NCBI RefSeq assembly: GCF_009914755.1
Contig: NC_060925.1
Length of the DNA stretch: 64,000 bases
Reading direction: 5' to 3' (one strand)
From: the human T2T-CHM13v2.0 reference genome, Homo sapiens
Shown here: piece after piece, positions 1-14,908 of the stretch
How the letters are laid out: each line of letters starts with the position of its first letter
How positions within the stretch are numbered: the stretch's first letter is position 1
Notes under the pieces: model-generated
What the model saw: only the letters and a program-made list of their open reading frames with translations
Database searches by the model: none
Told to the model about the DNA's origin: nothing
Position numbers and translations under genes: made by a program

Positions 1-559
1 TAGAAAGAGACCAAGTTAAAAATCAGACCTTGAGAGGTTAGTGTCTGGGTAGCCCTTATCCCAGCAAGCAACGACAAGCTAGTGATTCAGGCTAATTCAA
101 TGCAGCCTCAGTGGGATTGCTCTTTCAGGGTTCTGAGAGCAAAAGAAGTACTTACAGTATATTTTAGTTAAAAGATCAAAATGCAGGTTGGATGCACTAA
201 AAAAATGCTTCTGATGTCAAGTCCACTTACAGTTGCTGTTACAAAAATCTGCCACCCAGGGCCACAAAAAAATCAACACAGCAGCATTATCCAGCAGTGC
301 GGATATTGACGAACAGGGGTGTTGTCTCAAAAACAATCTTGAAGTTATAGCTGTACCTTAAAAGGGGAGGGGGCTGGGAGCCCACAGGCACCATGTTAAT
401 TACAAAAGAGGCCAGACTCATCCAACATAGAATTTGAAGAATTAACCATCTCTGATAAAAAGAATCAGTAAAGACAGAAAGGACTTAAAAATGTTCACAG
501 ACTTTAACTGACTAATGACACTTCAAGAATGCTAATAAAATGATCAGATGAGGAAAAAT

Positions 560-1250
<691 letters not shown>

Positions 1251-2839
1251 TTAAGGTGAGGAGGCAAACAGTACAATGAAAGTACAATCCAATTTGCTAT
1301 CAAGCTCCACACTCAAAAGAGTGCTTTGATGAACAGAGCCACAGATTAAACAAGATTTAGCCTGTTCATCTAACCGGTCACTGATCTGTAAAAATATCAG
1401 ATGTTTTCAGATTTTTCAAATCACTTATTATTAAGCAACTAGCTGGAGTGCAGCCAACTTAACTACACAAAGAACATGAGATGGCCCCATCCTCAGAAAA
1501 GCCCCTGGGGTGGGGCCCGGGTTTTCCTCTATTCACCTTTGTACTGCCAGAGCCTTGTGCCTGCAAGAGAGCAGGAGTTCAATAAAAACGTATTGAAAGA
1601 GTGAACACATATGGAAATAGGCTGCCTCACAATCACAGGTCAGCAGACATCAGCCTTTCATTCATACATACAATCATTCAAAAATGTATGAACCACTTAC
1701 TATACATACATATGACTAGGCATGGACGGCCTTCAAGACATGCAATAACTGGTGATGGTCCTAATACATAAACAAATGAAGGACTTTATACAATAAGAAA
1801 GGTGTGGATAAAATGTTAAGGGAGTTCCTAAGCAGGAAGAACTTCTCCAGGTACGAAGTTCTTCTCCAGGTAGGAAGTTCAAAGATGTCTTCCTGGATGG
1901 AGGGGGGATTTGAGCTGGGTTTTGAAGGTTGAGCACAATTTGGGCATGAGTGAACAAAGTGGAGAGAAGGTATCACAAACTGATACATGAGCTAATGACA
2001 TGAGCTAAGTCCTGAATGTGAATATGTATGTGGCTTACAGAACAAAAAAATGCTTCAATTTGGCCAGAGCACGGAGACAGAAGGGAAGCAGGGAGGCTGA
2101 ATGGAAGCATGGAGGCAAGGCTGAAGTAATGCATTGGGACCGGGTTATGTGGGGAGAGTTTTGAATGTTAAGATTTGCGTTCTTCAGTAGATGAAGCAGA
2201 ACTGTGGAAAGTCTTTGAGTGGGAAAGTGATCTGTTCAGAGAAATCTTTAAGAAGATGTTTGGGCAGTAATAGGTAAAACGGATGGGAAAAAAGAGAGGC
2301 AGGACCTGAAATAAGAATCTTCAGTGAACAGGCATGAACGTTTAACCGGAGAAGCAGCTGGAAACTCAGCTCTTAGTTTCTTCCATCGCCAGGATGGCTT
2401 CAGCCCTCAGCTGCCAGATTTCCTTTGAGATGCTAAGGACCAACTATTACACAAATGCTTAAACCCTGGGCTCAGCCACCAGCCCCTGTATCCCTTCTCC
2501 CTCTCAGAGGAAGCTGAATTGCTTTGCAAATATATGCAGATACATGCGAATAACAAAGCTATTAACATGTGCCCTAAGCCTCAAAGGGAAAGGTTTGCTT
2601 TGATCAAAGCTCATAATGGGATATATCCAAGGGGCAGAAAAACAATATCCTGCTCAGCCCAAACTGAGCTGAGGAAGGTTTAGACTCTGGAGCAGAAAGC
2701 CCTGCCTTAGTAACTGCTATTCAGCCAAATACTCAAGTGCACGGTGTTTCCCTTCTATACCCTCATTTCCTAAGGTTGAAATTGTAAAAAAAAAAATCTT
2801 CCCTTTGCTCCATTTTATCACAGCTGCAAGTACTGATAG

Positions 2840-2843
<4 letters not shown>

Positions 2844-2893
<50 letters not shown>
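2844..2893. repeat. (GT)~25 microsatellite
   Basis: Perfect dinucleotide run. Confidence 0.98.
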
Positions 2894-2895
<2 letters not shown>

Positions 2896-2912
2896 AATCT
2901 GACCTTCTAAAC

Positions 2913-3080
2913 TCTGCTTCTCAAAGTGTGGTCTATGGACAAGCAGTATCTGCATCATCTGGGAGAGGGCTAGGAATGCAGAACCTCCAGCCAGACCCTA
3001 GTGCTAGTGAGTTGGAATCTGCATTTTAACAAGACGCCAGGTGAGCAATGCATATGCACATTATAATTTGAGGAGCACCA
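2913..3080. mobile_element. MER5-type hAT-Charlie DNA transposon
   Basis: TTCTCAAAGTGTGGTC...GAATCTGCATTTTAACAAG...GCACATTATAATTTGAG, typical of MER5A/B. Confidence 0.8.
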
Positions 3081-3890
3081 ATCTAAATGACCTTAGCATC
3101 CATAATTAGGATTTCTTAAGGGCCAGGACCATGTCTTCTTACTCACCTTCATAATCCTCAGGCACAGTGTATGGCACATAACAGGTAATAAAAATAAGCC
3201 TTTGTTTCCTGTTCTGTAAATTGAGATAATAGCTATCTCAAAAGCTGTTGCATGGATTGAATGGAATATCAAATGTAAAGCATTCAAGCACAATGCCTGG
3301 CACTTGGGTGGGGAGTGCCCAAAGTTTTTGAATTCCCCATCAAAACCAATTGTTGATCTGTGTACAAATAACCCCACATGCCATGTTGAGTGTTTGGTAT
3401 TTTATAAATGTCTATCCCATCTAATCCCCATGTCAGCCAGCAGGAGTTGTCATCTGTGTTTCACGAGCCAGGAAACTAGGATCCAGAGAGGTTAAAGTGC
3501 AAAGTCCTAAAGCAGTAGGCAGAGCTGGACTCTAAACCATGCCCCTTCCAATCCACCCTTCACTGTGTAGCCACCTGGCCCACAATGCACATGCCTAGCT
3601 AAAAAGTTATCTTTGTGTCCACACTACCTTCAGGGTGAAATCCAAGCTCTTTAGCACAACTTGGCATGGTGGGCATAAACTGGCAGGGTTGATAGGACAA
3701 TTTTACAAAAGACTCAGGGAGCCTCTCATAGCCTGGCCCCTGCCTACTTCTCTGCCCTCAGCTCCCTCTTCCTGATCTGATCTTTCTCCTGTTTCAGGTC
3801 ACATTCATCAGTCCAAAGTCATCAGGACATTTCACAACTCCCTGAATTCACTCTGGTCCCTTTCTCTGGAATGGGCGTGCCTGGTGCCTT

Positions 3891-4352
3891 TGTGTTGGAT
3901 AGCTTTATTTGTCCCTCCAGAACCACCTTCACCCTTCTCCATTCTGCCCTGTGCTCCTGGAGGCTGTTCTGAATGGGATACAATATGGGTTCCCAGGTCC
4001 TCTGCTCTCCAGATGGATTTGTCAGGGGATTAAAGAGAAAGTGGACAGTGAGATCAGAGTATTTATTCCCTCAAGTCCTTCCTACAAAGTTTGCACAAGC
4101 TGGCTGTATTCCTCTACAGAAGATCCTTCTGTCTCAAGAAGCCCCTCACTACAGGACTCTCACTGTCTGGATTGTAATCAGTTCAGTGTCCTTTCATCCC
4201 ACTTATCTGATACCAGCCTGGCTGCTATCAGATAAGCACCATACAACTTCACGGTTCCTTATGGTTTCCTTATGCCCTCATCTTTGGAAATAAATCTTCT
4301 ATCACTTACCCTGTTTTGAATGTGCTGTTTCCTATCGGGAATATGACTAAAA
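3891..4352 (+). mobile_element. LTR33-like ERVL solo LTR
   Basis: TG...CA ends, AATAAA near 4289, similar to the elements at 14909 and 27460. Confidence 0.55.
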
Positions 4353-4819
4353 CATTCTTCATCCAGCAAATTCCTATGCATCCTTCAAAACTCAATCAAA
4401 GGGCCACTTTGTGTTTCCCTCTCACAATATTTCTGATACAATACTACTAGTGTTCAAGTTCTCATCTGACTTCTTCAAAGGTAGTGATACTATTTTTACT
4501 GTACTTTACAGCTCCAGCATTTAGAAAGTACTGTATAAATATTTGTTGAGTAGATTAATTAAGAGTGACATTAAATTTTCCTAAGCATACTACTCTACAT
4601 TTTGAAGATGAACAAAATTTCTGCTGATATTTTTTATAAACAAGGCATTGTTCCTCTACACTTAGAATCATCTTTTTTTTTAGGTTATCTAAATTGCACC
4701 TATTCCAGTTACACTAGGACACATAGCCACCCTGATTATAACCCATGCATAGTGCTATGATATCCAGGGATGAAGTGAAATTTGAGGACTCTGAACTTGC
4801 TGAAAGGAGTGGCGAGAGT

Positions 4820-5388
4820 TGTAATTCTAGAACGGCCACCAGTGATCTTGCCACCTGGTATTTGTGTCATGACATAATCTGCCTACCCTTGATTGTAGTG
4901 ACTTGCTTCTAACAAATAGAATACAGCAAAAATGACAGGATGTTGCTTCAGCAATTATTATCTTGTTAGTTAGAAAAGAGCGTATGACTTCTGTTTCGCT
5001 AGCAGTCACTCTCTCACTCTCTGGCTCTGTTGCTCGCTTGCTCGGATAAAGCTGGTTACCATATTTGAACTGCTCCTACGAAGAGGTCTTTGTGCTAAAG
5101 AACTGAGGGAAACCTCTAGCCAACAGCCAGAGGAACCGAGCCCTCAGTCCAAATGCCTGCCAGGAGTGGAACTCTCCCAATAACAAGTAAGGGATCTTGA
5201 AAGAGGATTCTGCCCCAGGCAGACTGTGGGATAACTGCAGCCCTGACTAATATTGCAGCCTGAGCCAGAGGCTCCAGGTAAGTTCACTCCAGATTCCTGA
5301 CTTACAGAAATTGTGAGATACAAAATGTTGTCACTTTAAGCCATGAAGTTTTGGGGTAACTTGCTGTGCAATAATAGATAACAAATAT
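4820..5388 (+). mobile_element. MLT1 (MLT1F-like) MaLR LTR
   Basis: MLT1 3' end TTTAAGCCATGAAGTTTTGGGGTAACTTGCTGTGCAATAATAGATAAC. Confidence 0.75.
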
Positions 5389-5711
5389 AGATGTTTCTCT
5401 AAATATCAGTAACCTGTTTCTGGTTCCAGTCTGCCAGATCGTGTAGAAGGTGAGTTCGAATTGGAAAATCAGAAAGGAAACAAAAAAGGATCAAATATTT
5501 CTAGGTTATAGTTCTAGTAGCAGTTAGCTCAGAAATGATTTCTTCCCATCCCAAAGGAGAAATGCAATGGGAATTACTCTGTCTCACTGATCTGAGTCTT
5601 CCTGGTCCTTAGGGCTTTTTGGCTAAAAGTCAATTTGGTTTTGCAGCCACCTACCCTCTTCCCCCTTCTAAAATCCAAAAAGAATGAAAACCGAGGTTGT
5701 CATTTACTGAG

Positions 5712-6262
5712 CATGATGGATTATCTGCAAAACAGCCATCAACGATTCCTTCCATCCATGTATGTGCATGCTGCTTCTCCTCTCAAGTGGGAGAGTCTAC
5801 GTCTCTTCCCCTCGAACCTGTGTCTTGTTTTGACCAATAGAATGTAGCAGAAGTAACACCCTGTCTTTAGACTTTGGTGGAATTTATTTTTGCACTCTTG
5901 GGAGTTCTGAGACACCATGTTAAGAATTCTGATCACCTGCTGAAGAGAAAGCCCATGTGGAGAGAAACGGGCTGCTGGAGGTGAGATACTACAGTGAGCG
6001 ACAGAGAGGCAGAAAGAGAGAGCAAGCCCAGCCAACACCTAGTAGTTCCTGCCACCCCAGCTGCAGCACCAGCCAAGTGAAAGAAGCTATTTTAGATCCT
6101 CCAACCCCAGGTGAGCTACCCCAAACACCACCACCTGGAACAATAAGAGCTATGCCCAACGGGCCCTCCCTTAATTGCGGAATCACAAGCAGATAAACAG
6201 TTTTTTGCTGTAAAGCCACTAACTGTTAGGGCAATTTGTTACACAGCAATGGACGACCAAAC
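5712..6262 (+). mobile_element. MLT1 (G/H-like) MaLR LTR
   Basis: TTTGACCAATAGAATGTAGCAGAAGT motif; 3' end AAGCCACTAACTGTTAGGGCAATTTGTTACACAGCAAT. Confidence 0.7.
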
Positions 6263-7679
6263 TCCAGGGGACTAAGATGTCATCAGGCAGTTAGCTAGGC
6301 TTTTCACCTGTACTCCATTACAATCCTTACAACACCAACTACATGGAATGAATATTACCACCCCATTGCAGATGAGGAAACTGAGGCCCAAAGAGGATAG
6401 GTTAATTTATACAATGTCACACAAATAGCAAATGCATCAGAATTCACATCCAAATTGTTTATTAATCTAAAACATGTGTACTTCACAAGAAACACTGAGA
6501 TAGCAAGATAGTGCATGGTTCAGGGCCATGATTGGAGACTATGTAGTCTAAGAGAATGGCTCCCCCTGGAGTTGTGAGATGTACAATCAAAGGCAGCATC
6601 AGCCCAGGACTGGCAGGATAAAAGAAAAGCCAGTTGTAAACAACCCCCGGCCTATGGGGAGACTTGAGGTCTATTCTCCAGGAGCCTAAGGAAAACTGCA
6701 GCTTTGGGAAAAACCCGAGATAGGGCACTTTCACTATCTCAGCTTGAAGGGCTGCTTACAGATAGACCTTTGGTTCTTTGACTTCAAATTGTGTCTCATG
6801 ATCAGGAAGATGCACATCCGTGTACGGTTGATGTTAAATAGGAGCTTGATTTAATTGGTTGTCTCCAAACCCCACTTAGCCTGGGGTGGGGCTATAGGAA
6901 TGAGGGAAAAAAAAGTCACTAACAGGATAGCATGGTAAGTGAGATGGTCGGGAAACCGGGGTAGGAAGTTGTTTGTGTAGCCTGCAGGTCCTCTAATAGT
7001 AATAATAGCATTTACTAAAGTGCTTAGCCTATGCCAGGGACTGATCTAAGCTCTATTGTATTAATTCATTTGCTCTTCACAATGACTCCGTGAATGTGGA
7101 ACAATTATTAGCCCTCCTTTACAGAAGATGAAACTGAGGCACATCTAGGTTAACAACTTGCCCAAGGTCATGCTGGCAGTTGGTAATAAGGGAGAGCCCA
7201 GGGCCCGTGGGTTCTGCACTTGGAATAGCAATGATACAGCTGGTTGAGCGTGCCCTGCCACTCTGGGCTGCCCACAGGGAGATCTAGCTCTCCTCTTTCT
7301 GTGAGCTTATTGGAGGCTAAGTTCTAGTTCTTATAGTCGCCACTAAATGGGACCAGCTGTTTCATTATCTACTTTATCACAATCCACCAAAGGCCTTTAT
7401 TCAAAAGTCAAATTAATACTTTTATCATCATAACAGTAGTATTGCAATTCTAGACCTGCAGCCTTCTACTAATTTTTTTTCGAGAGTCTGTGGTAGTAAA
7501 GCCCAGCATATGATAAAACAGTCTATAAGTACAGCTAAAATACGGTGAGAGTGGAGGCAGAGGTACAGAGGGAGCAGCAGGTGACAGAGATGGAGAGGTA
7601 GGTAGAGGCCAGACATGTGGAGACTTGGAAGACCCTGTAGGGAGGTTACAGTTTTATTCAAGTATTAAGAGAGGCTATT

Positions 7680-8910
7680 TGTGGCAAGAAGCCTAGATTA
7701 TCTTCTTCTCCCTAGATACACAGATGGATTACATTTCCCAACTTCTCTTGCAGTTGTGTATGGCCATGTGCCTGCCTTGCATTGGTTAAGGGATCAATCA
7801 TTAGTTGACTTCTAGTCAATGGAATATGATTCTGAGCATGGCCCATTTCAGCTTCCCTTGCCTGCTCCTTCCCACTAGAATGAAGACCCTAGGATGCCTT
7901 TGTGTAGCTGTTGCTGTCAGTACTCCTCCCATCTTCCCTTAGACCGCTATCATTTTCCTGCACACTGACTCCACGTATTGTCTCTCCCCCAAAGGCTAGC
8001 ACCTGCATCCCCTTATCAGAATGCACTCAGGGTATCAGAACCCCCTTTGCCTGCACACACAGATTTCTAGAGGCACCTGGGAGGGTATTTATCCTTAGAG
8101 GCAGACCTTAACCAATGCATGGCAGGCATGAGCTTAAATGCTCTTACTCCCTTTTTCTGATGAGGATAGCTCTGAGGCGGGGTCTATGCTGCCTCCAGAT
8201 CTTCCCTTACGGCAGGGGTCCCCAACCCCTGGGCTGTGGATGAATACTAGTCTGTGGCCAGTTAGGAACTGGGCTGCACAGCAGGAGATGAGTGGCAGCC
8301 GAGCATTACCACCTGAGCTCTGCCTCCTGTTAGATCAGCAGTGGCATTAGATTCTTACAGGAGTGGGAACTCCATTGTGAACTGTGCATGTGAGGAATCT
8401 AGGTTGCATGCTCCTTATGAGAATTTGATGCCTGATTGAGATTGATCTGAGGTGGAACAGTTTCATCCCAAAACCATCCCCACCCTTCCACCCCCACCCT
8501 GCTCCATGGAAAAACTGTCTTCCACAAAACCAGTCCCTGGTGCCAAAAAAGGCTGGGGACTGCTGCCTTATGGGATTAGGCTAAAGTTACCTCTGTGGGG
8601 CTTTAGTTGGTACCACACCCTTGCTTACCTTCCTTCCTTTCCTCACCCCACTCTGTACTTCTGTGCAGTTTTTCCTGGGAAAGCTTCCTAATAGATCAGG
8701 TTCATATCAGTCTCAGTTTCAGGGTCAGCTTCCAGGAAATCTGACTTGGGATGGTTTTTAAGCTAGGTGTTAATGGCCCTGAATGACTCCTTAGAGAGAG
8801 GCAGCCCTGTTGATCTACTCACTAATTCAAGTCATAACCATTGTGTATGAGCCATTATAAATTTTGGAGTCCCTTTGCTACAGTAGTTAGCCTACCCTAA
8901 CTAATACACT
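7680..8910 (+). mobile_element. MLT1J-like LTR split by an LTR16-like ERVL LTR (~7905-8752), which itself contains MER1B
   Basis: MLT1J-like 5' part (ACATTTCCCAACTTCTCTTGCAGTT) and 3' end (TTTGCTACAGTAGTTAGCCTACCCTAACTAATACA) flank LTR16-like sequence. Confidence 0.55.
8213..8565. mobile_element. MER1B hAT-Charlie DNA transposon, complete
   Basis: TIRs CAGGGGTCCCCAACC / GGCTGGGGACTGCTG; 8-bp TSD CCTTACGG (8205-8212) / CCTTATGG (8566-8573). Confidence 0.9.
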
Positions 8911-9905
8911 ATAAAAAGCCATTAAGCAGAAGACTGACTTGATATCTTTTATATTTTAAAATGAATATATGGCCCTCTTATGGAAAATGAATTAGAGGGG
9001 GCAAAAACCAAAATGAGGAGACCCATGAAAATATTCTTGTAAAAGTATAGGAGACAATTGATGTGGCTTCTCAGACTTAGGTGGAAGGAGTTGAGTATGG
9101 GCATTCCAGGACACATTTTGGGTGGAAAGGAGAAAACTTGATAATGGACTGGATGTGGGGATGGAAGAGTGGAAGGAATTCAGCTTGACTCTTTGGTTCT
9201 GGATTGGCAACTAAACAGCCTCCACACAACGTACAGATCACCTTGTTATCTAGGTACTTGATTAGAAAACAAACCTGTAGTACTATCTTGGTTCCTGTCA
9301 CATAATTTCTCTTGCCTTTTTTAAAGGAAAGAGAAAAGGAAACATTTGTGAATCAGCGGTTACCAACTGAGCACTCAGCCATGACCGTGGTTCTTCACCA
9401 GGGCTTCCTCTCACCTGGGTTTAATAAGCTCCTTTTTTTACCAAATCCAAAGCATGCAACTGGCACTTAAAGAGAGACCTGCCCTGATGGGGTGTTATTG
9501 GGGCCAGGATTTAAAAACTGCAGGTGAAACAGAGCCCTTCCATTCTGGGAGAGCAAGCCTCACATCAGATCTTCAGGGTAGTGCAAGGTGGATTAACACA
9601 AAGGAAGGTCCCTGCTCCCAAGGAAGCAATGCCCAGCTGCAATGATGAGTCATAACACCCTTCCCTGCAAAGCTTAATACATGTAGAAAGTTAAATATGT
9701 GCTATGAATAATATCAAAAGACCAAAGATACTTCAACGCTTAATTTCAGTGTCTCCAATTCCCCATCCCTCAATGGAGACCATCATATGTACGTTCGGGT
9801 CTTAATTTCTTACTGGCCATCCCACCCTCCTTGCCTTCCCTAGGGAGCCTCCACAGCCCACTCTGCTCCCCACACCAACCCCACTAAGCCCCGACTCTGT
9901 TAACT

Positions 9906-10422
9906 ATGTCTCTTTAGTTTCTGTATTTCTGATGCTTTGATGTCTGGGGCCTTGCTGTTACTGCAGACTGCTACTCCATTCCCAGGCTTAGCTAATTCCT
10001 AGAGATAGTAACAAACTCTCTCAGGAGCTCACCTTTCAAATGTTAACCAATCGCTCTAGAATCCATATCCCCAACCACCTCCTTTATCTACTCTAGCCCA
10101 TTTATCCACTTGCCCCTATACCTGAGCCAGGAACCAGACAGTGGGGACAGCCTCTATTCCCCAGAGCCTGCTAAATTATCTAAACCAGCCAAACTGCCTC
10201 ACCTGTTCCTTCCCACAGAAACCACAATAAAGGCTCTTGATCAGGGTCCTGCCTTCCCTCTACCTCCTGAGCAATCCTGGTGCCTTGAGTGTGCACCCCC
10301 ACAAGGCATGGCACTTTGTCTTGGGGTCTGTGAGTGTAACAAGCTATCTTTTCAATGGGAGTCATCTCCTGATCTGTTGGCCTTGCCATACCAAAATAAT
10401 AACAGAACCTATATTTGAAAAT
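9906..10422 (+). mobile_element. MER74-like ERVL solo LTR
   Basis: GAAACCACAATAAAGGCTCTTG and TCTCCTGATCTGTTGGCCT motifs recalled from the MER74A consensus. Confidence 0.7.
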
Positions 10423-10547
10423 ACTTGACCCCCGCTCAGAGCCTTCTGTTCCATCCCCCGTCCCCCACATTCTTTTTCAGCCTACAGGAGTTTGACATCT
10501 GAGACTTTGGCCTCTCCCCAAGTCCTTGCACCTGGAGCCAGTAAGAG

Positions 10548-10765
10548 GCAGTGTGGCCCGGTAGTGAAGAGTACAGGGGTCAGAATGCCTGGGCCACCTA
10601 GAAAAGATTTCCTCACCTTTTTCTGTCCCATTTTTCTCTTCTTTCTACAGGGATAATAAAAGTACCCATCTTAATAATTTATTGTCGAGGTTGAATAAAA
10701 CAATAAATATGAAGTACTTACAAAAGTGCTTGGGACATGGGAAGATTTTAATAACTATTAGTTAT
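10548..10765 (+). mobile_element. MIR SINE
   Basis: AGGCAGTGTGGC start; degenerate core and 3' end. Confidence 0.6.
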
Positions 10766-13207
10766 CAATATTATCCATTATTGTTAGGAAGCAAAGAGGA
10801 ACAGTGCTAGCAAAACTAGCAAAAAAATATATAAAATTTTACCTATTGCTTCACCAGTGCTTTCCACACACGTAGAATAAGGGGTGGGCAGCTGGGAGGA
10901 ATGATTGCATATTCATAAGCATCTCCAACCAAATTAATTGATAGGGCACGATAGTAATAAAAGGAATTAATTTCCATTTTAGTAACTTCACATGCTACAT
11001 GTTAAGTATAGGTCCATATTACCAGTGGTCACCCAATTCCCCTTTGCATCTGTTCCATGTTGATTATGATGTCAGGAAAGCAAAAGTTAAATCCCTTTTT
11101 AAGGAAGAAAAAAAATCTAATTTAATAACATTGCAATCCTGTTGAAAGCATGATTAAATCTTAATAAGAGTGGAAGGATGTTGTGTTTCATGTCTATCCC
11201 TCTTGAAGCCCTGGTAACTTGTTCAGGGATATAGACGGGGTTGTCAAAGGACTTCACAGCCCAACCCTGGTCTCATCTGCCGGCATCCAAGACGCAGCAG
11301 AAATCTCTGATGGTGCTGACACTTCTATTTTCACTTTTCTCATCCTGGTGTTTTTTCTTATTAAAGCAGTTTGATTCTGTAATTTCTACCAGTACAGATA
11401 AAAATAAAATGACTCCCAACTTTTATTTTGACCTTATAAAACTGTGTAATTGGTTCAGAACCTTCAGGCTAAATGAGTTTCCTGCGGATTGAGAACATTG
11501 GAAGAGGAATCACAGAGTTAAAAATATACCACATGTCTAAATAGAATTAGCTCATAATATTCTATTTGAATGTACAGAAACTGCAGTCTAATGTCAATCT
11601 CATGAAAGCTTAGTTTCTGATGTATTCATATTTTTTCTCTTCAAAATAAACATAACAGCACAAAGTGCAACAAAAGGCATCCACTTCAATTCTCTCTTCT
11701 TTTCCTGAACCTCACAACTCTCAGAGAGTCCTAATTAACTACAGAATTGTGTCCAACCTCCTAAAGGTTGCACCTGGGACCCCGGGGATTGGCTCTTGCT
11801 GAACTCCCCAACCTCACCTGTTCCAACTTCATCAGACCTATGCATCACCCCCTGGATACATTACAGTTCCGTAAACAGCTACACTGGTCTCTAGCTCTGC
11901 ATCTTTGCACATGCTTTGCTGCCTATCTGAAACATACTCTCCTAATAATCTTTTTTCCAAACCCAACTCCTTCTTAAGAGTTAGTTCCAGTGTCTCCTCA
12001 TCTGTGAAGCCTTTAAAGTCTTCCTATTGAGCAGACCCAGGAACCCAGGCCCTCTGAGCTCTCACATAATCTTATGCAAGCCTGCATATTACAGTTGTCA
12101 AATTATTGCGCTATATTGCAACGATTGGCTTACTTGTCTCTCATCTCTCCTAGGCTGAGATTATTGACGCTGGAGCCACATCTTTTCATCTCTATGTTTC
12201 TGGAAATAGCATCTAGAAAAACACTTGGAATATACTAGGCCCTCAGCATATGATTGTGGGCTGTCTCATAAGAGCCAGGCTTATACAGCGTGTATTGTGT
12301 TTCAGGCACAACTCTGAGCATTAAGGTCTATATACTCTCATTTAAAAACCCTGGCACCTAGGATCCTCTCATTACCATCCCTGTGTTACAGTTGCAGAAC
12401 CTAGAACATTGTGGGGTAGAGTAACCTGCCTAAGCTCACACAGCTAACAAGTGTCAAGAGTACACAGTGGAGATTCCAAGTCAGTCTGGCTGCAGAGTGC
12501 AGATGCTTAAACGCTACCACACACCACCCTCAAAGAAGGGCCTCCTTGACAATGCCTTGGGCTTGGCAGCTCAAATTCCTCTAGCAAGCTAGAATTGGCA
12601 TTGGCTTCCTGTGTGCTCTAGGCTATGAAGGATTACGAGGCTGCATCAGGACTGGCTGAGAAAGAATGCTTTGATCAACTAGCCACTCCCAGAGTCAGAA
12701 CCACAAAATAGTACCAATCCCTGATTGCTGGGTGATAGGCCATGCATACCTGCTAAGAAAGGGCTTATCCCCAACACCAACCTCTCAGTTTAAGTGTCTG
12801 CATGGTTTGGACTTTGGATGATTCATAAATAGTAGAAGCCACAAATATCCATCCTTATCTACCAAGTCTCTTCCTTATTAAATGTCTCTGGCCAGGTCAG
12901 CTCCATTCTGGGAATAATTTTGCTTATTAAACTAGAGCCCTGTCTCAGGTGGCTGGCTGTTGGGTTAAAGAGCAAAGGAAATGAATAAAAGCACATAGCC
13001 ATGAACAAAGAGGATCTGGCTTATTTAATGTACTTACTTCTGACAAACTCACGGCTGGATTTCTTATCTGTGGAAGCAAGTTCCTACTGAACCTTCTGAA
13101 GCAGGTATGATTTAAAGACAATCTTTTAATGGTACCACATTTTAATAAATAGAGGCTTTAAAACTGTTTATTTTTACTTCTCTTTTTGAACCTCTAACTT
13201 TTAGGAT

Positions 13208-13800
13208 ATTCAACAAACATTTATTTGATATCTACTGTGTATCAGACACTGTTAGACACTAGGAACATAGCAATGAATAAAAGTAACAACAACAAACCCC
13301 CAGAGCTGCCAGTTATTAAGTTTCTACTACATGCCAGCCTTTCAAGCAGGTTGTACACACCCAAAACTACACATACTGAGCGATAGTTCCATACTGGCAA
13401 TATATGCATGGCGCATTGAAAACACAAAGGAAAAGGAGGGAGATGGGGGCAGGGTGAAATCCCCTTAGGAAGAAATAGATACTGCTTGGGACAGAAGTTG
13501 GGAAAGGATACTCTAGCGGGGACAGCATGTGCAAAGACTATTCGCATGGAAGCATAAAAGAGCATAGTCAGTACTTCAACACATCTGAAACTCAGAGTTC
13601 AAGGCAGGGAGTACTGAGAGACTTAGGAAGGAGCAAAGATATTAGAGGAGCTTAGATTTATCTTGAAGGCAAGGGGCACCACAGACAGATATTAAGTGAG
13701 GCGGAGGGGAGGCATTATAATAATCAGATTTGCATTTCAAAATGAGCCGTCCATTTACTACACTGTGGGGTGATGGATTGGAGCCAGGAGAAGCTAGAGG
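13208..13800 (-). mobile_element. L2 3' region (with embedded MIR-like fragment)
   Basis: TTCAACAAACATTTATT...TACTGTGT L2 tail in reverse orientation, followed by purine-rich L2 body. Confidence 0.6.
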
Positions 13801-14554
13801 TAAAGATTCTAAGAGCAAAGGTGTTGCATGCTAATAGCTGAAATGTGGTGTGTAACATCAGTAGGAAAGTTTATCCATCAAATTCAGCACAAAGGAGTGT
13901 ATAAAGGAAATACATGCAGATCAAATGTCCTGACAGTATATTCCAGAAGGAATGAATCACCAAAATGTTAATGTATAGGCGCTGTGCTGCTCTTTCCAAA
14001 CTGTTAACACAAGGTAGTAAGAAGACAGATAAGAGACCAAAATTCTCTGTCCCTTTTGAGCCGATCTTGTTAGTGGCATTTGCTCCATCTATGTACTAAT
14101 TTCTTTATCAACATGAAAGGTACATCACAGTGCCTACATAAATGGGTCAAGTAATATAATTTCATATTAGAAAATGAATGCCTTTAGGTACTATAAAAAA
14201 CAATTTGGATAATATATTTCTTTCACTTCTAGTAGAATTTCAAGTTTAAAAAAAAGAGTTGGCAGAAACTTCAGAGACAGTCTAGCCCAAACCCTTCAAT
14301 ACATGGATCGATACCTTTACCTCTTCTATTTCCACTGCTTGTAGTGCTTTTTCAATCTGATCCATCTGACAAAACTCTCTTCACCCATGACCCATGATGT
14401 CCTCACAGTCACTCCTACTCTAAAGCCTTCCGTGAATCTCACAAAATTAATACTCACTTCCTCTTTGGAGCTCTGGGAGTAGTAGTTAATGTCTGGATTT
14501 TCTTTTCTCATCTATAAAATGAGATCACTATTGTGCCATGAAATGAATACTTGA

Positions 14555-14877
<323 letters not shown>

Positions 14878-14908
14878 CACAACTTAACTACTTTATAGCA
14901 TTGTAGAT

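Noticed and set aside
2524-2560. OCT-SOX composite-like ATGCGAATAACAAAG
   Set aside because: The octamer is mismatched and inverted relative to the canonical composite, which is too weak on its own.
6480-6950. Possible ancient LTRs (also 12560-12950)
   Set aside because: The sequence looks LTR-like but I could not assign a family or boundaries without a Dfam search.
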